A DNA stretch of 40,330 nt from Octopus bimaculoides (taxonomy: Eukaryota). The notes under the pieces were generated by a model that ran no database searches, had not been told where the DNA came from, and worked only from the letters and a program-made list of their open reading frames with translations. Both the position numbers and the translations under genes were made by a program. This document shows positions 38,310 through 40,330 of this stretch, piece after piece. Within the stretch, counting starts at the first letter, position 1; each line of letters starts with the position of its first letter. The stretch is taken from the NCBI RefSeq assembly GCF_001194135.2, contig NC_069005.1, positions 4,242,227-4,282,556 of the forward strand, given 5' to 3'.

Positions 38310-38475
38310 TTGTGGGAGTAAGTCGATTACACCACTCCCAGTACACAACCAGTTTTTATTTTATCCTCCATGAAAGGATGAAGGGTAAAGTCGACCTATG
38401 CAGAATTTGAACTCAAGACGAAATGCCGCTATATTTTTCGCCCTGCTTGCTAACGATTCTGTCAGCTTGCCGACG
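38310..38475 (-). mobile_element. SINE family 1 copy (diverged)
   Basis: GAAAGGATGAAGGGTAAAGTCGACC..AGAATTTGAACTCA..TTTCGCCC..GCTAACGATTCTGTCAGCT. Confidence 0.8.
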
Positions 38476-38828
38476 TACACATTTGTAACATGTTAAATCA
38501 ATTAATATGTGTTTAATTATCATTTGAGGTCAGCGACTACCCTGAATTTGCCACTAGTCATTATTTTGGCTACACCAATTTCCTGGCTAGTCAAATTTTC
38601 GAACTATCAAAGGTAATTACGCTATACTTAGATATGCCATTAATCGCAATGAACGCTTGCTGTCAACAACGATCTACAGTCTGCTATGTAGCATTCTATT
38701 GTCCGTGATATTGTTGGGCCTCTATCAATACCATTATAAGCTTGGCATCTGGATGACACAAGGCAACCACTTATGCAGGTATCATCGTTTATCATATAGA
38801 ATTTTGATTTTAAAGAAAAATATTAATA

Positions 38829-38953
38829 GTAAAGATTGTTTGCCAACATAACATGGCAGTCCTGGTTTAGGGCTAATGTTGCTGTAATTTAGCCCCAGGA
38901 GACACTGACTCCAGTTGGCTATACGACACGATTTGTGTCCTTATATTTTCGAA
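38829..38953. mobile_element. Half copy of the same fold-back element, opposite orientation
   Basis: GTAAAGATTGTTTGCCAACATAACATGGCAGTCCTGGTTTAGG is identical to 15240 onward. Its end, GTGTCCTTATATTTTCGA, is the reverse complement of the spacer of the 15240 copy. Confidence 0.8.
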
Positions 38954-38991
38954 CGAGGGAATTGTAGCACCCCACTTAACTCTAAACAATA

Positions 38992-39036
38992 TCTGTGTGT
39001 CGCGATTTCTGGGTTATTTCCCTTCATCAGCACAGA
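38992..39036 (-). ncRNA. Minimal type I hammerhead (PLE pLTR type), U16.1 mutated to C
   Basis: Minus strand reads TCTGTG-CTGATGA-AGGG(AAATAA)CCCA-GAAA-TCGCGA-C-A-CACAGA. Stem I is 6 bp, stem II is GGG/CCC, and stem III is the palindrome ATCGCGA[T>C]. It lies directly 3' of a minus-strand PLE fossil. Confidence 0.75.
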
Positions 39037-39990
39037 ATAAAATATCCTCCATTGATTCGTTATAATAGATTTGCATAATTCTCCGGTAGATATTATATGA
39101 TATTTTTCTACCTCGCAGTATTCTTAGTAAATATAATCAATGCCGTGTGCGGCTGGTCTGTTTTAAATGAACACTTTATTACATGTCTAGTCTTGTTAAT
39201 TGACTGCCAGCTGAGAATATCATAACTATAGCTTTCAATAGAACAGCCATCAGATTATTGATATATATTACATTATTTTCGGCATTAGGCTTTCTTTTAA
39301 TTATTTATCTTACGCGAATCAAATATTCCTTTATAACATTTTATTTCTCTTCTCTCTAGTTAATTAAATACGAAGTATTAAGAAGTCTATGTTTGGTTCA
39401 ATTTTCTCTTTTGTTTTCTATCTACTTAATATTAATGGGTTTTATTAAACTTCATTAATTCCAGATTGCCTCGTGGCATTTTGCTAAACCGAAGTCATGT
39501 CAAATCCACTACTGAATACATTTACTGCTTTTATTTGTTTCATACCAACATCGCACAACGCCTTTTTTACGTATACAAACCATAGTTAATTGTCATTCAA
39601 TATCACTTGTACCTACGTTTAGTCGGGATGGTATAAATTTAGTTAACGTCAAGGCGTAAAGGATTGAAAAGAGGAAAGCAACTTCAAATACATTTCCATC
39701 AGCAATGCCAATTGTTTTTATATGTAACAATATTGTTTATATAAACAGACGCTTGTTATTAAAGCTGTCCTGTTCTTGGTGATGAGTTTTAAGATCCATA
39801 GATGCAGATTTATCTATGATGCGTCGATTTATCATTTTAGTTGTTACTGCAATGTATCTTCATGTTGTTTGCCATCGGATTGTAACGTGGTGGTCTTTCG
39901 ATATTATAAGGATTTTCTGCATAGGAAAGTCAGTTTGTTATTTTTAGGAATTTGTTTTGTAAGATCCTTGATGTGAAATCGTGTGTTGAA
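39037..39990 (-). mobile_element. Highly decayed Penelope-like element ending in a hammerhead
   Basis: Motif remnants occur in the expected order on the minus strand: RRIIDK, TKFIPS (cf. EFYPS), VKKALCDVGM (cf. WVKK..FDVTMG), DFGL, IFDSRK..RKPNAENNVIYINN..LKAI (cf. TFDL..RKPN..LYIN..LKQIP), KISYNI. Confidence 0.6.
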
Positions 39991-40103
39991 ACAGGTATCG
40001 TCATTTTTCGGAATGATCATTATATTCTTGCGAAATAAAAACACACGCTATATATTTGTTCGTAACTCGTTTATTATTGTTCTTATTTCATCTTATGTCT
40101 ATT

Positions 40104-40147
40104 GTCTGGAAATCTTTCGCCATATACCTGTAACCTCATCAGCGACT
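40104..40147 (-). ncRNA. Degenerate hammerhead-like motif
   Basis: Minus strand AGTCG-CTGATGA-GGTTACAGGTATATGGC-GAAA-GATTT-C-CAGAC. Both core boxes are intact, stem III is a near-palindrome (AGATTT vs AGATCT), stem I needs a bulge, and stem II is poor. Confidence 0.35.
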
Positions 40148-40330
40148 CTTACATCCTACGTGTTTCTGCCTGGAATAATCAGAACGTGGGATGGAAAAAT
40201 CTCTGAAGAGTTCACAAATGTGTGATGAAAGATTTCAAGATAATTGACATGCAATAAAATAAGAATAAGAATAAATGGGTTAAGAACCGATATACAGTGA
40301 ACGTTTTTATTTAGTCAAAAAGTAGGAGGA

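Overview
AT-rich, microsatellite-dense eukaryotic DNA with ten N-gaps (about 981-1025, 8618-9295, 10465-11034, 12154-12650, 16944-16953, 21314-22188, 24889-25405, 28870-29228, 30635-31096, 34178-34516). The repeat content looks like a cephalopod (Octopus-type) draft assembly; this is an inference. I found no supportable intact host gene: most ORF-track entries come from microsatellites or N-runs. The window is largely decayed mobile elements: three tRNA-type SINE families, a mariner fossil, an RLE-type (R4/Dong-like) and a CR1/L2-like LINE 3' end, a fold-back MITE and a 5S rRNA pseudogene. About eight decayed Penelope-like element (PLE) RT/GIY-YIG fragments all lie on the minus strand, along with five hammerhead ribozyme motifs that are also all minus strand. 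One hammerhead (13970-14020) has a complete catalytic core and all three stems, and sits in a roughly 270-nt highly structured segment ending in an (AAT)n tail. Protein-family assignments come from hand translation compared with remembered family motifs, not from database searches. Element boundaries are approximate unless stated as exact.
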